Shown here: one piece after another, positions 51,568 through 64,000 of the stretch
Numbering within the stretch: position 1 is the first letter of the stretch
Layout of the letters: every line of letters starts with the position of its first letter
NCBI RefSeq assembly: GCF_964213995.1
Contig: NW_027590136.1
Span: 248,001 to 312,000 of the forward strand
Direction of reading: 5' to 3'
From: Mustelus asterias
Lineage: Eukaryota
Length of the DNA: 64,000 bases
Notes under the pieces: generated by a model
Told to the model about the DNA's origin: nothing
The model's database searches: none
What the model saw: only the letters and a program-made list of their open reading frames with translations
Translations under genes and position numbers: made by a program

Positions 51568-53098
51568 TAACTGGAAGTCCCTCCCTAACAGCACTGTGGG
51601 TGTACGTACACCTCAGGCATTGCAGCAGTTCAAGAAGGCACCCTTGGGGTTGACCATGGCCAAGGCAGCTACATACAGCCACATATTGTGTTATAATTGA
51701 AGAACTGCAGATTGAATGTGAGGCATTGTGGGACTGGACTATCTTGACCATATTCCTGTGACTGCCCGGAAACTCAGGTGTCTATTTTAGTTTAAAATTG
51801 AGGATTTCTGGGAATAATGTCTCAGATGGAGGCCAGATTATCAAATTCAGTTCTCTCAAATAATTCATAGACAAAGAAACAAGTATCTCCAAGAGAAAAC
51901 TGTCACCTCATTCATCTCATCTCGACTTCCCTTTCACTCAAATCTTCATAAACACCCAAATGTATGGATTCCTTTAAACTACACTTTCAGGAGTTCTCGA
52001 GAATCTTTAGAGTTAAATAAATCATTAAATATTCTCATAATATCTTTTAACAGAAACCAAACATTTCTGTTTGATTCCAGGCATTATCAACTTTGTTCTT
52101 TCCCTTAAACACCAGGTAATTTCCATTTTAAATGCTTGAAATAGCAACTCACATCAGATATTTATCAATTCCAATCTCAAAAGCAGGCTTGTTGGGTTTC
52201 TGAAAAGTAAAGTCTTTTATTCTCTGCTTTAATTCTCAAAACTGCTGCCTTCACTCGGATTGTTTGTGAGTGAAACCGTCATCACCTGTTTAAAAAAAAC
52301 CCATAAACAATCCATCTGGCTCTGGCCAAGATCCCAGTGAGTTAATGTGTCCAATCACAGGTTACATTAAAAAACAAAGGCTGTGTGGAGATTTATAAAA
52401 ATCAGCTGTCTGCTGAAAGGGTTAACTTCTCTGTGGAACCGAGCGAGGCGGGGAGTGGGCAGAGGAAACTTGGCAATTGTGTCAATTTACATAATTTAAA
52501 AAACTTCTCTCATGTTATTTTCTTCAATTTTGTTCAAATTTCATCTCTTTTATCTCTCCTTTTTTGAACACCAATTTCAATTTTCAATATTTGCTACTTA
52601 ATCAAAGTTGAAAGAAATACTTTGTGAAATGTGTTGTTAACTGAATCTCAACAATTTTAACTCGGATGTTTTGGAAAGTTGGAACTGGTTTGCTGCCAAA
52701 CTGCAGCCTTATCTTTCTGTTTTGGGAGCAAATTGTCCTTCACAATTCTAACCTTGAACAAGTTAATTTCAAACCCAAATACATTCCTTTCACATTTTAG
52801 TACAGTCTGAATTTATTTCAAACAGAAACTCACGGCTGTTCAAATTAAATTAATTTTTATTCCCTTTCCAAACTAATTCTTCGAATCTGTGATGCTTGCA
52901 AACAACGCCCTGCCTCAACAATTATGACTCAAATGTCCGGTATTCCTTCAACTGAGCAAACCAACTTGGAGTAAGCGTTGTGGATCATGACGGTGCAAAG
53001 GTCATGGCTAACCTCACACACCTGCATTCCCTTATCACACAGGAGAGGCAGAGGAGAGGGAGGAGTGCTTTCAGTGATTCTTTTTTTGGAGAAAACAA

Positions 53099-53685
53099 CT
53101 ACATCTGCTCACTGGTGACTGATTTGTGTCTCAGGTTGTTTGATGTTAGCAAAACATTGGGAGTGGTCTGCTTCAGGGAGGTGTCACTTTGTGGCTGAAT
53201 TAACTTCCTCAAAGTCCCCACGGCATTTTCTAACTCTTCACTTGATCTGATATTTTCTGACTGTAAATCAATATCTTGTTCCAGAGTTTGGCCGAACAGC
53301 AGTAGATTTTTCTGAGCTCCACTCACCCTATCATCTGCCCCCTGTTCCCAATGTAACTGATTGTCCAGGTCAGACGTGCTCTCCTGCCAGCAATCAGCTC
53401 CATTCTGCAGCTTATCCACCAGTTCCCTCAACTCTTTATATTTTGTACTCAGCTGTGAGGCACAGGTTTCCAATGTAACTGTAAATTAATTTATTCTGGA
53501 CTTTTTCCAACTCACTATTTCCTTTCTGAATCTCTTTAGAAAACCGATCAAGGACCCGCTCGTAATCTCCGTCACATTCTTCTCCATCTCCCAGGGTATC
53601 TTTTGCTCCTGATGCCCTTGACTCCGTTGTCAAACTGTCAGTCACATTGTAGCAGATGCCAAAGCCATTGTTGTATTTGCTTTTT
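53099..53685 (-). pseudogene. Frameshifted alpha-helical / coiled-coil coding fragment of unknown origin
   Basis: Two overlapping ORFs rich in E/K/Q/L; not recognised as a repeat. Confidence 0.3.
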
Positions 53686-53944
53686 TGAGGCAGCAGTGCG
53701 AACCACTGTGCCACTGGATGGAATGCTGGCCCAGTGGAGAGATACATAGAAACTAGAAGCAGGAGAAGGCCATTCGGCCCCTTGAGCCTGCTCCACCATT
53801 CATCTTCATCATGGCTGATCATCGAATTCAATTTCCTGATTCCACCGCCCCCCCCACCCGCCTCCCATATCCCTTGATCCCGTTAGCCCCAAGAGTATAT
53901 CTCATATCTTCTTGAAATCAGACAATGTTTTGGCCTCAACTATA

Positions 53945-54310
53945 GGGTGACATGGTGGCACAGTGGTTAGCACTGCTGCCTCACAGCGCCAGGGACCCAT
54001 TTAATTCCAGCCTTGGGTGAATGTCTGTGTGGAGTTCGCATGTTCTCCCTGTGTCTGCGTGGGCTTCCTCCGGGTGCTCCAGTTTCCACCCACAGACCAA
54101 AGATGCCCAGGTTCAGTGGATTTGCAATGTTGAATTCCCTCTTCGTCTCCCAAGCTGTGTGGGTTAGATAGGTTAGCCATGGTAAATGTGTGAGATTACA
54201 GAGATAGGGCAGGGGAGAGGGCCTGGGTAAGGTGCTCTGTTAGAGAGATGGTGCAGACTGGATGGTCCGAATTGTCCCTTCTGCACTGGAGGGATTCTAT
54301 GATTCAATGA
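53945..54310 (+). mobile_element. HE1-like SINE
   Basis: SINE head and tail. Confidence 0.8.
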
Positions 54311-55104
54311 ACACAGGAATGGTCAGAATCATTTCACATGTCCCAAATTTTAAATAACCATTACAATTAAAACTCTCTCATACTCACATGTGTGAGTTTG
54401 AATCCGGATTAAAATTCCCACAAGTTTAGCAAAGTATCCTGGAATCATGTCTCTGGCCAGTAAATGTGGTTCTAGGTTCACAACTTTTGTGAAAAAAAGC
54501 TTTATTAATTACACGTCCTTGATTTAAATCTGTTTGACTGTGAGTATGAGAGAGTTTTAATTGTAATGGTTATTTAAAATTTGGGACATGTGAAATAATC
54601 CTGACCATTCCTGTGTTCATTGAATCATAGAATCCCTCCAGTGCAGAAGGGACCATTCGGACCATCGAGTCTGCACCATCTCTCTAACAGAGCACCCTAC
54701 CCAGGCCCTCTCCCCTGCCCTATCCCTGTAAATCTGTTTGATTTAAATCACAGACAGAAAACCTGAAAGCTTGAAGCATTCAACCCACAAATATCATCCA
54801 TACACAAGCAGAGAAACTTAGCATGTGCTTTACAACAACGACGACCAAAATTACTTCCTTAAGCGTTCTTGTGGTTCTGTTTTGAAACTTCCAGAAATGC
54901 CTTCAATTAAAGACTCAAGATAAGGTTAATTCCCCAGAAAGATAAACCTTAACAAATGTAGCCCAAAACAATGATAAAACACATCTGCAAACATCCACAT
55001 AAAACAAATGAAACACACAGATTCTCACAGCTCGTAAATTTCAAACAATGAATCCTCAGCATTCTCTCTCGCAGCTATAGCTTGTTAAAGTGACAGAGCA
55101 CTAC

Positions 55105-56035
55105 AAACATTTCACAATGTACATTAATGATTTGGAAGATGGAACTGAAGGCACTGTTGCTAAGTTTGCAGATGATACAAAGATATGTAGAGGGACAGGT
55201 AGTATTGAGGGAGCAGGGGGGCTGCAGAAGGACTTTGATGGGCTAGGAGAGTGGGCAAAGAAGTGGCAGATGGAATACAATGTGGAAAAATGTGAGATTA
55301 TGCACTTGGGGAGGAGGAATGGAGGCATCGACTATTTCCTAAATGGGGAAATGCTTCGGCAATCAGAAGAACAAAGGGACTTGGGAGTCATTGTTCAAGA
55401 TTCTCTTAAAGTTAACGTGCAGGTTTAGTTGGCAGTTTGGAAGGCAGATGCAATGTTAGCATTCATGTCAAGAGGGTTAGAATACAAGAGCAGCAATGTA
55501 CTTCTTAAACTGTATAAGGCTCTGGTCAGACCCTATTTGGAGTATTGTGAGCAGTTTTGAGCCCCACATCTAAGGAAGGATATGCTGGTGTTGGAAAGGA
55601 TCTGGAGGAGCTTCACAAGAATGATCTCTGGAATGAAGAGCTTGTTGTCGTATGAAGAATGGTTGAGGACTCCGGGCCTGCACTCATTGGAGTTTAGAAG
55701 GATGAGGGGAGATCTTATTGAAACTTATAGGAAAAACTAGAACTAGAGGGCACAACCTCAAGCTAAAGGGATGATCCTTTAAAACAGAGATGAGGAGGAG
55801 TTTCTTCAGCCAGAGAGTGGTGAATCTTTGGAACTCTTTGCCGCAGAAGGCTGTGGAGGCCAGGTCATTGAGTGTCTGTAAGACAGAGATAGATAGGTTC
55901 TTGATTAATGAGGGGATCAGGGGTTATGGGGAAAAGGCAGGAGAATGGGGATGAGAAAAATATCAGCCATGATTGAATAGCGGAGAAGACTCGATGGGTC
56001 TGGTGGCCTATTTCTGCTCCTATGTCTTATGGTCT
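55105..56035 (+). mobile_element. CR1 LINE RT to 3' end
   Basis: YINDL…KFADDTK; absent from the paralog at ~31400. Confidence 0.88.
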
Positions 56036-56829
56036 AAGCTCACAACTCCTTGATTAAAATAAGACACAAGATCCTTCATTCCCCTTCATTATAACTTAAA
56101 CTTTTTTTAGCCAACTTCCAAGGCCTGATTTTATAGGAAACATCTAATCTTTGTTGATTTAAAATCCCAAACATGTTGCCAGCTGCAAAATCTTTGTTCT
56201 TTATCTGGGGTTGAGGTGATAACACGATAAAATCCTCACAGTTATTCCAAATTCCTCCAGGCTCCGCTTAAAATTTACACATTTAAGTGGTTCCCATAAA
56301 TCCTCAATCAAAAACTAAAATAGACACATGGGTTTCCAGGTGATTTATAAAGAAATGAACTGTCTGCTGAAAGGGTTAACTTTTCTACAGAACCTAAAGG
56401 GGTCGGGAGTGAGCAGAAAAAACTTGGCACACAATTACTTCACCTCACATATGATGGGGGTTTTTCTCGGAGGCTAAGTATTGAGTTGAACCCAGTTAAT
56501 ACAAAGATTTGCAAAAGACAGTATACTGGTTAAAGGCATTACTTATTGAGAAAGGCAGCTGAGCAGTCCAATTCCGTTCTAAAGTTACAATACATTGGCC
56601 GTGTAGTTATACTATTTTGAAAGTTCATTTCACCCGCCCACTCTGTCATCCTAACTGGATGCTCCAATCATGTTCGTGCACAATATTTACCTTGGCCAAT
56701 AACATCCTATCTTCTGGAAGAATGGGAATTCATTGGTCTGTAGAATCTGAAAGTTGCTGCCCACTGTTACTTTGCAACATTCACTTACGGAAGTCCATAG
56801 GGTTCAAAGGTTGCTTTCTAACTGACAGC

Positions 56830-57140
56830 ACGGGCGGCACAGTGGCACAGTGGTTAGCACTGCTGCCTCACAGCGCCAGGGACCCGAGTTCGATTCCCAG
56901 CTTGGGTCACTGTCTGTGTGGAGTTTGCACATTCTCCCCGTGTCTGCGTGGGTTTCCTCCGGGTGCTCAGGTTTTCTCCCACAATCCAAAGATGTGCCGG
57001 TTAAGTGGATCAGACATGCTAAATTGCCCCTTAGTGTCAGGCGGACTAGCTAGGGTAAATGGGGATAGGGCCTGGGTGGGATTCTGGTTGGTGCAGACTC
57101 GATGGGCCAAATGGCCTCCTTCTGCACTGTAGGATTCTGT
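56830..57140 (+). mobile_element. HE1-like SINE
   Basis: SINE consensus. Confidence 0.85.
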
Positions 57141-58482
57141 GACTCTGTGATAACTTCTATTACATAGCTTATAGGGTTCAAAAGTTCCTTTCCACTGTCT
57201 GCTGAGCTATCCCTCATCAGTAAAAAATGAATAATTCTATTCATTCTAATGTCTGGGAAGTGGGTATTTTCTATAAATCATACTGATAAAAACTGTGTTC
57301 TGTGGCTTCACTGTTCTGAAAGAATGTGGCCTGTCTCACTCAGCTTTTATCCCATTATGCTTTAGGGCAGTCTGCAGTTTGGCCAAGGTATACATTTTAG
57401 TACAAAAAGTATATATTTAAATCTGAAATACATGTTTAAATTCTCTACCAGTGGTTATATGTGTTTCTATGCAGACAGTACCTTTGTATAATATAAATAA
57501 GGCACGTTGTGGTCCTTATTCTACATTAGTCTAAGTCAGTCCACCCTGTTTCAATAGCCTTTATTAGTTTTTAATCTCAAGGTATTCTGAACCCCTCTAA
57601 CAAAATAACTTTAAAAAACTTAAAGTTTATAATTAATCTCAAGTAAGCTTACATTAACACTGCAATGAAGTTCCTGTGAAAAATCCCCTCTCTAACAACA
57701 AAAGAAACTTGATTTTAAACTTCATCTATTAATTGTTTTGTTATATTCCTCAACCTATTTTAATTTGATCAGTTATTGTTAGGGATGGGTAATTTCTGTT
57801 CTTTATAAACTGGTTCACTCATTTTGTTAATTCTACATGGGCTCAGAGAATCAGAACCCAGACTCTATCATCCATATCCTTTTTCTCCTTTTGTCACCAC
57901 TTTCTCTCTGTTTTGCGGGAGGGTCGTGGGGATTCCAATCAGACCGAATCATTTATTATAAAAGTAAAACAAAAACAGAAAATGCTGGAAAATCCCAGCA
58001 GATCTGACAGCATCTGTAGGGAGAGAATAGAGCCAACGTTTCAAGTCTGGATGACCCTTCATGAGAGCTCCTATGAAGTGTCATCCAGACTCAAAATGTT
58101 GGCGCTATTCTCAAATCATTTTATCGATAAGTTCCTTGCTCTTAGTTTCCAAAAGACAGGTAAGAAATCTGTCCAGTCCCCACTCGAGCTCTGAATTTTT
58201 CACTGGCCATGCTTGGGTTGGATTATAACCATTAGAATCCACTCTTAGAGGTCCACTTTTCAGTCCAGTGCTACTTGGAGTGTACCGTCACTTCACCGAC
58301 TACGGGTCACAAGTCCCTCACAGTTCTTATCACAAATTCATGATAAAATAATTTAAACATGCCTGAAAACGCTTCTTAACTTCTTAGTCAGCGACCTACC
58401 CCCGTCTGTTGATTAGTCAGACCCCTTTTTTACAGATTCCAGGTATCTCAGTCGCTGAACACCAGCCGGTCCTGCAATAATC

Positions 58483-58805
58483 TCATAGAATCTCTACAGT
58501 GCAGAAGGAGGCCATTCGGCCCATCAAGTCTGCACCAACCACAATCCCACCGACCCTATCCCCATAACCCCATGCATTTACCCTCGCAAGACCCCCTGAC
58601 ACTAAGGGGCAATTTAGCATGGCCAATCCACCTAACCCGCATTTCTTTGTACTGTGGGAGGAAACCGGAGCACCGGGAGGAAACCTACACAGACACGGGG
58701 AGAATGTGCAAACTCCACACAGACAGTAACCCAAGCTGGGAATCGAACCCGGGTTCCTGGCGCTGTGAGGCAGCAGTGCTAACCACTGTGCCACTGTGCC
58801 GCCCC
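58483..58805 (-). mobile_element. HE1-like SINE
   Basis: SINE consensus. Confidence 0.85.
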
Positions 58806-59575
58806 AGTTTAATTCTAACTCATTCTGAGTAAATATTCTCACCAGGTCCTCTGTTGGGGCCCTGCTGAGCAGCTTTAATGGTCCGTGATTGCAGAAACTG
58901 AGCAGTCACAGGAATGTGGTCAAGATAGTCCAGTCCCATAATGCCTCACATTCAATCTGCAGTCCTTCAATTATAACAGAATATGTGGCTGTATGTAGCT
59001 GCCTCGGCCACGATCAACCCCAACACTGCCTTCTTGAACTGCTATAATGCCTGAGGTGTAGGTACACTCACAGTGCTGTTAGGGTGGGATTTCCAGCTAC
59101 ACATTCCAGACTTTCACTAGACTGCAGGTGGATACCAGATTGATATATTCCATTCAACCACACCCAAGATGAGTTATTCCAATTCCTTTATTGTCCAGGA
59201 CAATATATTCACAATATCTTTAAAACAGAAATTAAACATTCCCATTTGATTTCAGGTATTAACATATTCTGTTAGTTTGTTCTTTATTGTGGGATGTCAG
59301 GCTGAGGTTGTTCCTCTTGGAGCAAAGGAGGTTGAGGGGAGATTTGATAGAGGTGGACAAGATTCTGACAGGTTTAGATAAGGTGGACAAAGAAAAGCTG
59401 TTCCCATTAGCTGATGGGACAAGGATGAGGGGGACACAGATTTATGGTTTTGGGTCAGAGATGCAGGAAGGTCACCCTCCGACCCTCCCCATTGACCAAC
59501 TGTGAGAATGAACAAAATGCAGTCCTGGGTGTAATTGAGAGCAGAAACAATAACAGCAGAATCCAACCTCTGGAA

Positions 59576-60166
59576 TCACTCGTGAACTCGCTGGTGTCTC
59601 AACAGGTGGGATGACTGAGCGAATCCCTTCCCACACTGAGGGCAGGTGAATGGCCTCTCCCCAGTATGAATGTGCTCATGTGCCCGCAGGTTGGATGAAC
59701 AAGCGAATCCCTTCCCACACTGAGAGCAGATGAATGGCCTCTCCCCAGTGTGAACTCGCTGGTGTATCCGCAGGTCAGATGACCGAGTGAATCCCTTCCC
59801 ACACTGAGAGCAAGTGAATGGCTTCTCCCCAGTGTGAACTCGCTGGTGCCGCCGCAGGCTGGATAAATGACTGAATCCCTCCCCACACTGAAAACACGTG
59901 AACAGCCTCTCCCCAGTGTGAACTCGCTGGTGTGTCAGCAGGTTGAATGACTGAATGAATCCCTTCCCACACTGAGAACACGTGAACGGTCTCTCCTCAG
60001 TGTGAACTCGCTGGTGTCTCTGCAGGTTGAATGATTGAGTGAATCCCTCCCCACACTGAGAGCACATGAATGGTCTCTCCCCAGTGTGGTTGCGCCGATG
60101 AGCTTCCAGCTCATTTGGGTATCTGCATCTCTTCCCACAGTCTGCACATTTCCATGGTTTCTCCAT
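59576..60166 (-). CDS. C2H2 zinc-finger protein, 7 fingers; paralog of 10774-11448
   Basis: MEKPWKC start; intact array. Confidence 0.88.
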   Translation of the reverse strand: MEKPWKCADCGKRCRYPNELEAHRRNHTGERPFMCSQCGEGFTQSFNLQRHQRVHTEERPFTCSQCGKGFIQSFNLLTHQRVHTGERLFTCFQCGEGFSHLSSLRRHQRVHTGEKPFTCSQCGKGFTRSSDLRIHQRVHTGERPFICSQCGKGFACSSNLRAHEHIHTGERPFTCPQCGKGFAQSSHLLRHQRVHE

Positions 60167-61279
60167 GGTGCAGGTGTCCTTGCCTCTCTCTTGTGTGGAC
60201 AATCCGTTGAAGCCTCGTCCACACACAGAACACGGGTACAGTCTCTCGCTGCTGTGAATGATGTGATATTTATTCAGGCTGTGTAACTGGTTAAAGCTCT
60301 TTAGTCCGTGCGCTGGAACACTCTCACTCGAGTGTGGCAGTGTGTTGGTGCTTTTCCAGTCACACTGATGTTTGAAATCTTTTCAAATCAACAGACTGGA
60401 CAATCATTTCTCCTTCGAGATTCAAAGTCCGATGATATTGAGCTCCCAAGGAATATGACTCTGTCAGATCTAGACGTGACGTTTGAGATTTCGGGCTGTG
60501 ATTCCTCTTTCAATGTCCTGTGAAATTAGTTTACAAAAGTCATCAGTGTCAGTACAGGATAGAAAGTCAGAACAGGATTCTATTTATAAATGAAAGTGGA
60601 TGGGCACTTGAAGGAAATAAACTTTCAGGAGAATGGGGATGTAGAGTGGGAATGGGACTGGAATGTTATACAGAGAGTCAGCATGGACTCGAGTTACCAA
60701 ATGGATTCCTTCTGTGCTGTAATGACTTTATGACTGGAAATGTATAACATTGCTACAGCATTATATTACTGCAAGAAATAATAATAAATGTATTTTATTA
60801 CAGAAAAATAAATAATTTATCTAATCTGGGTACCATATAATAACACTAGACATATCTCTGTCCTCTATTAATTTACTGTCCCCTTAAATGTCAGCCATCT
60901 CCTGCCCTTTAATTGTGAACATTAGGAAAGAGACCATCCTTTTAGACAGAAAGAAGATTAACGTTTCAGGGTGGGCAGAATGAATTACAGGGAATAAAAA
61001 TGTATCAGATTTTGTTGGTTAATATAAGCTCAGAAGTGGAAGGGAAATGATCTCCAGTGGAAGAGAAACAGTTCCTGAACATTGTAAGACTAAGCTGGTA
61101 ACTCAGCAGTGAACAGAGTTGTGAAGTGGTAAAAACCTCATCAAGACATAGCTTGCGGAAATAATAGTTAAAATACACCCATTATTAGAGGCAGAGGAAG
61201 GTAGACAATGGCAGAGAGCTGATCAGGGAGGGCAGAGGTCAAAGAGAGAAATGGATGGCCATTTAAAAATCCATAAAAA

Positions 61280-62146
61280 GCATGGTTAGCAAGTTTGCAG
61301 ACGATACTAAATTAGGAGGTATCGCTGATAGTGAAGAAGGTTATCAAAAATTACAGGGAGATCTTGATCAGTTGATCGGTTAGGGAAGTGGGTCGATGAT
61401 TGGCAAATGGATTTCAGTACAGATAATACAGAGTACAGAGGCACAACCTCAGGCGAAAGGGACGATCCTTTAAAATAGAGATAAGGAGGAATTTCTTCAG
61501 CCAGAGAGTGGTGAATTTGTGGAACTCTTTGCCGCAGAAGGCTGTGGAGGCCGGGTCATTGACTGTCTTTAAGACAGAAATATATATGTTCTTGATTAAT
61601 AAGGGGATCGGGGAGATGGGGAAAAGACAGGAGAATGGGGATGAGAAAAATATCAGACATGACTGAATGGCGGAGCAGACTCGATGGGACAAGTGGCCTA
61701 ATTCTGCTCCTATGTCTTATGGTCTTAAGTGTGAGTGTTGCATTTTGGAAAGTCAAACCAGGGTAGGACTTGTACAGTGAATGGTAAGGCCCTGGGGAGT
61801 GTTGAGGAACAGAGGGACCCAGGAGTACAAGTACATAGTTGTTGGAAGTGGCGGCACAGGTAGACAGAGTGGTGAAGAAGGCATTTAGCACACTGGCCTT
61901 CATCAGTCAGGGCACTGAGTATAGGAGTTGGGACACTATGTTATAGTTGTATGAGTTGTTGGTGAGGCTGCACTTGGAGTATTGTGGACAGTTTTTGTAA
62001 CCCTGTTATAGGAAAGACATTGATAAACTGGAAAGAGTGCAAAGAAGATTTATGAGGATGTTGCCGGGACTCGTGGGTCTGAGTGATCACGAGAGGTTGG
62101 ACAGGCGAGGGCTTTATTCCTTCGAACGTAGGAGAATGTAGGAGAA
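61280..62146 (+). mobile_element. CR1 LINE with a nested CR1 3' end (~61435-61725); probably continues at 63241-63560
   Basis: KFADDTK and LHLEYCGQF motifs. Confidence 0.82.
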
Positions 62147-62461
62147 TGTAAGGCTTTGTTTTCCAAGAGGGTGGCATTACAGAGAGTAGCATTTTCTTTA
62201 AAACATTGTAAAATGCAGATACAGTTTGAGAACAATATTCTGTTACACCAGTAGTAAAAAGTGATCTTAAAAAGTCCCCCTCCCCAAATGCTGCACATTT
62301 AGACATAGTAGCATAAGTTTCAGAGTCCAACATTTTATACTTCATTGCTTCTTTTACTGTGCAATTGTAATGCCACCCTCTTGGAAAACAAAGCCTTACA
62401 GGTGTGTCTGAATGCTGGCTGTGTGCCTCAGAAAGTTGTATATTTTAAAGTTCAGCGGGGA

Positions 62462-62698
62462 CCCCCCCAGGGGATGATCGGTCACACCCCCTCTCCTCTC
62501 TTCCCCCCCCCCCCCCCCTCCCCCAGGGGATGAGACGTCACACCCCCTCTCCTCCTCTCCCCCCAGGGGATGATCGGTCACACCCCCTCTCCTCCCCTCC
62601 CCTCCCCCCAGGGGATGATCGGTCACACCCCCTCTCCTCCCCTCCCCCCCCCCCCCAGGGGATGAGACGTCACACCCCCTCTCCTCCCCTCCCCCCAG
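62462..62698. repeat. C-rich ~45-bp minisatellite running into the assembly gap
   Basis: CCCCAGGGGATGA…GTCACACCCCCTCTCCTC units. Confidence 0.85.
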
Positions 62699-62845
62699 NN
62701 NNNNNNNNNNNNNNNNNNNNNNNNNNNNNNNNNNNNNNNNNNNNNNNNNNNNNNNNNNNNNNNNNNNNNNNNNNNNNNNNNNNNNNNNNNNNNNNNNNNN
62801 NNNNNNNNNNNNNNNNNNNNNNNNNNNNNNNNNNNNNNNNNNNNN
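62699..62845. other. Assembly gap (147 N)
   Basis: Run of N. Confidence 1.
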
Positions 62846-63240
62846 CACACTCCCTCTCCTCCTCCCACCCCCTCCTGCCCTGACCAGAGGATGACCTGGG
62901 TCAGAGAGCCGTTGCAGTCTCTGACTCCTGCTCTTTGGAGGCTGCTGCGGCGAACGCAGACTTTTAGTTTGCAGGTCGGTAAAAGCGTGGACGCGGGTCG
63001 GGCCAGAAGACGGTAAAGTGGGCTTTGGTGGTAGAGTTGGGCGCGCGGTTCATTAAGTCGATTTAAATGCATGCAAATGCATTTAAATCGGCGGGCTGCC
63101 CGATTCAGGCGTGGGCCCTGGTGTTGGTAAAGCCGCGATCTGCTCGGAATCGGGCGCAGATCGTGGTACAGGCCCGATGCCCAACTTTACCGCGATTTCG
63201 CACTTGAAAACAGGCACGAAGGTTTGGTAAAATCCGGCCC
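62846..63240. mobile_element. GC-rich non-autonomous DNA transposon end (Harbinger-like TIR)
   Basis: Ends in GTAAAATCCGGCCC; internal palindromes. Confidence 0.45.
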
Positions 63241-64000
63241 ATAGTCTTTTTCCCAGGGTTGGAGAATTGAAAACTGGAGGGCATAGGTTTAAGGTGAGAG
63301 GGAAAAGATTAAAAGGGACCTGAGGGGCAACTTCTTCATGCAGAGGGTGGTGCGTACATGGAATGAGCTGCCAGAGAAAGTGGTTGAGGCAGGTTCAATA
63401 GCAACATTTAAAAAGCATTTGGATAAGTCCATGGATTGGAAAAGATTAGAGGGATATGAGCCAAACATGGGCAATTGGGACTAGCTGGGAGGGCACCATG
63501 GTTGGCATGGATCAGTTGGGCCCAAGGGCCTGTTTCCGAGCTGTGTTGCTCTATGACTCTATGTGTTGGCTGCGTCAGCATCTATTGCCCATAACTCATT
63601 GCCCTTGAACTGAGTGGTTTGCATTGCTGGGGGATGTGGTAATTTCCTTCTTTAAAGGACATTATTAAATCAGATGGATTTTCATGACAATTGTCATCAA
63701 TGGACTTCTAATTCTAGATTTTTACTGAATACAAATTTCAACATCTGCAGTTGTGGGATTCGATCCCAGGGTTCTCACTGAATTGCCCTGGATCCCTGTA
63801 TTACTAATCCAATGACATTATCACTGCACCATTGCCTCCCGATCCATGGCAAAGGAGTCAGCCTGAGATCCATGGAATCAGAGAATGCACTAAATTTAAA
63901 TTAATGCCCAGTAACACTCACCCCAAAGTAATTTCATTGTTTTCAAATTTTAAATCTCCTGCTGGAGTCTGCAGCTGCAAAGATCTGAGAGATTGGTGTC

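Noticed and set aside
62396-63072. ORFs spanning the N run
   Set aside because: Artifacts of the assembly gap and the minisatellite

Overview
Vertebrate genomic DNA, almost certainly a cartilaginous fish (shark), judged from the HE1-like tRNA-SINEs, abundant CR1 LINEs and the MEKPWKC-type zinc-finger genes. The window is a tandem C2H2 zinc-finger (ZNF) gene cluster with 8 finger-array ORFs, one fused array tail and one relic. It is built from direct and inverted segmental duplications and is dense with CR1 LINEs, SINEs, Penelope-like (GIY-YIG) fragments, one Tx1-like LINE and a Gypsy integrase scrap. Embedded among the ZNF genes, all on the minus strand, are traces of a T-cell-receptor V-segment array: (1) an intact TRAV-like segment with leader exon, 85-nt intron, V exon and 23-RSS at 38175-38651; (2) an orphan 23-RSS with a perfect heptamer at 40641-40679, whose V body is replaced by a ZNF duplication block 8 nt from the heptamer; (3) a probable decayed V pseudogene with a degenerate 23-RSS at 18312-18625. 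Other notable items are minimal hammerhead-ribozyme motifs in the Penelope repeats, a 28-bp CRE (TGACGTCA) minisatellite in the ZNF promoter module, a U2 snRNA 5' fragment co-inserted with a Penelope piece, and finger-only ZNF proteins initiated from a Kozak ATG located in a finger linker. Repeat boundaries were placed by eye and are approximate. There is an assembly gap at 62699-62845.
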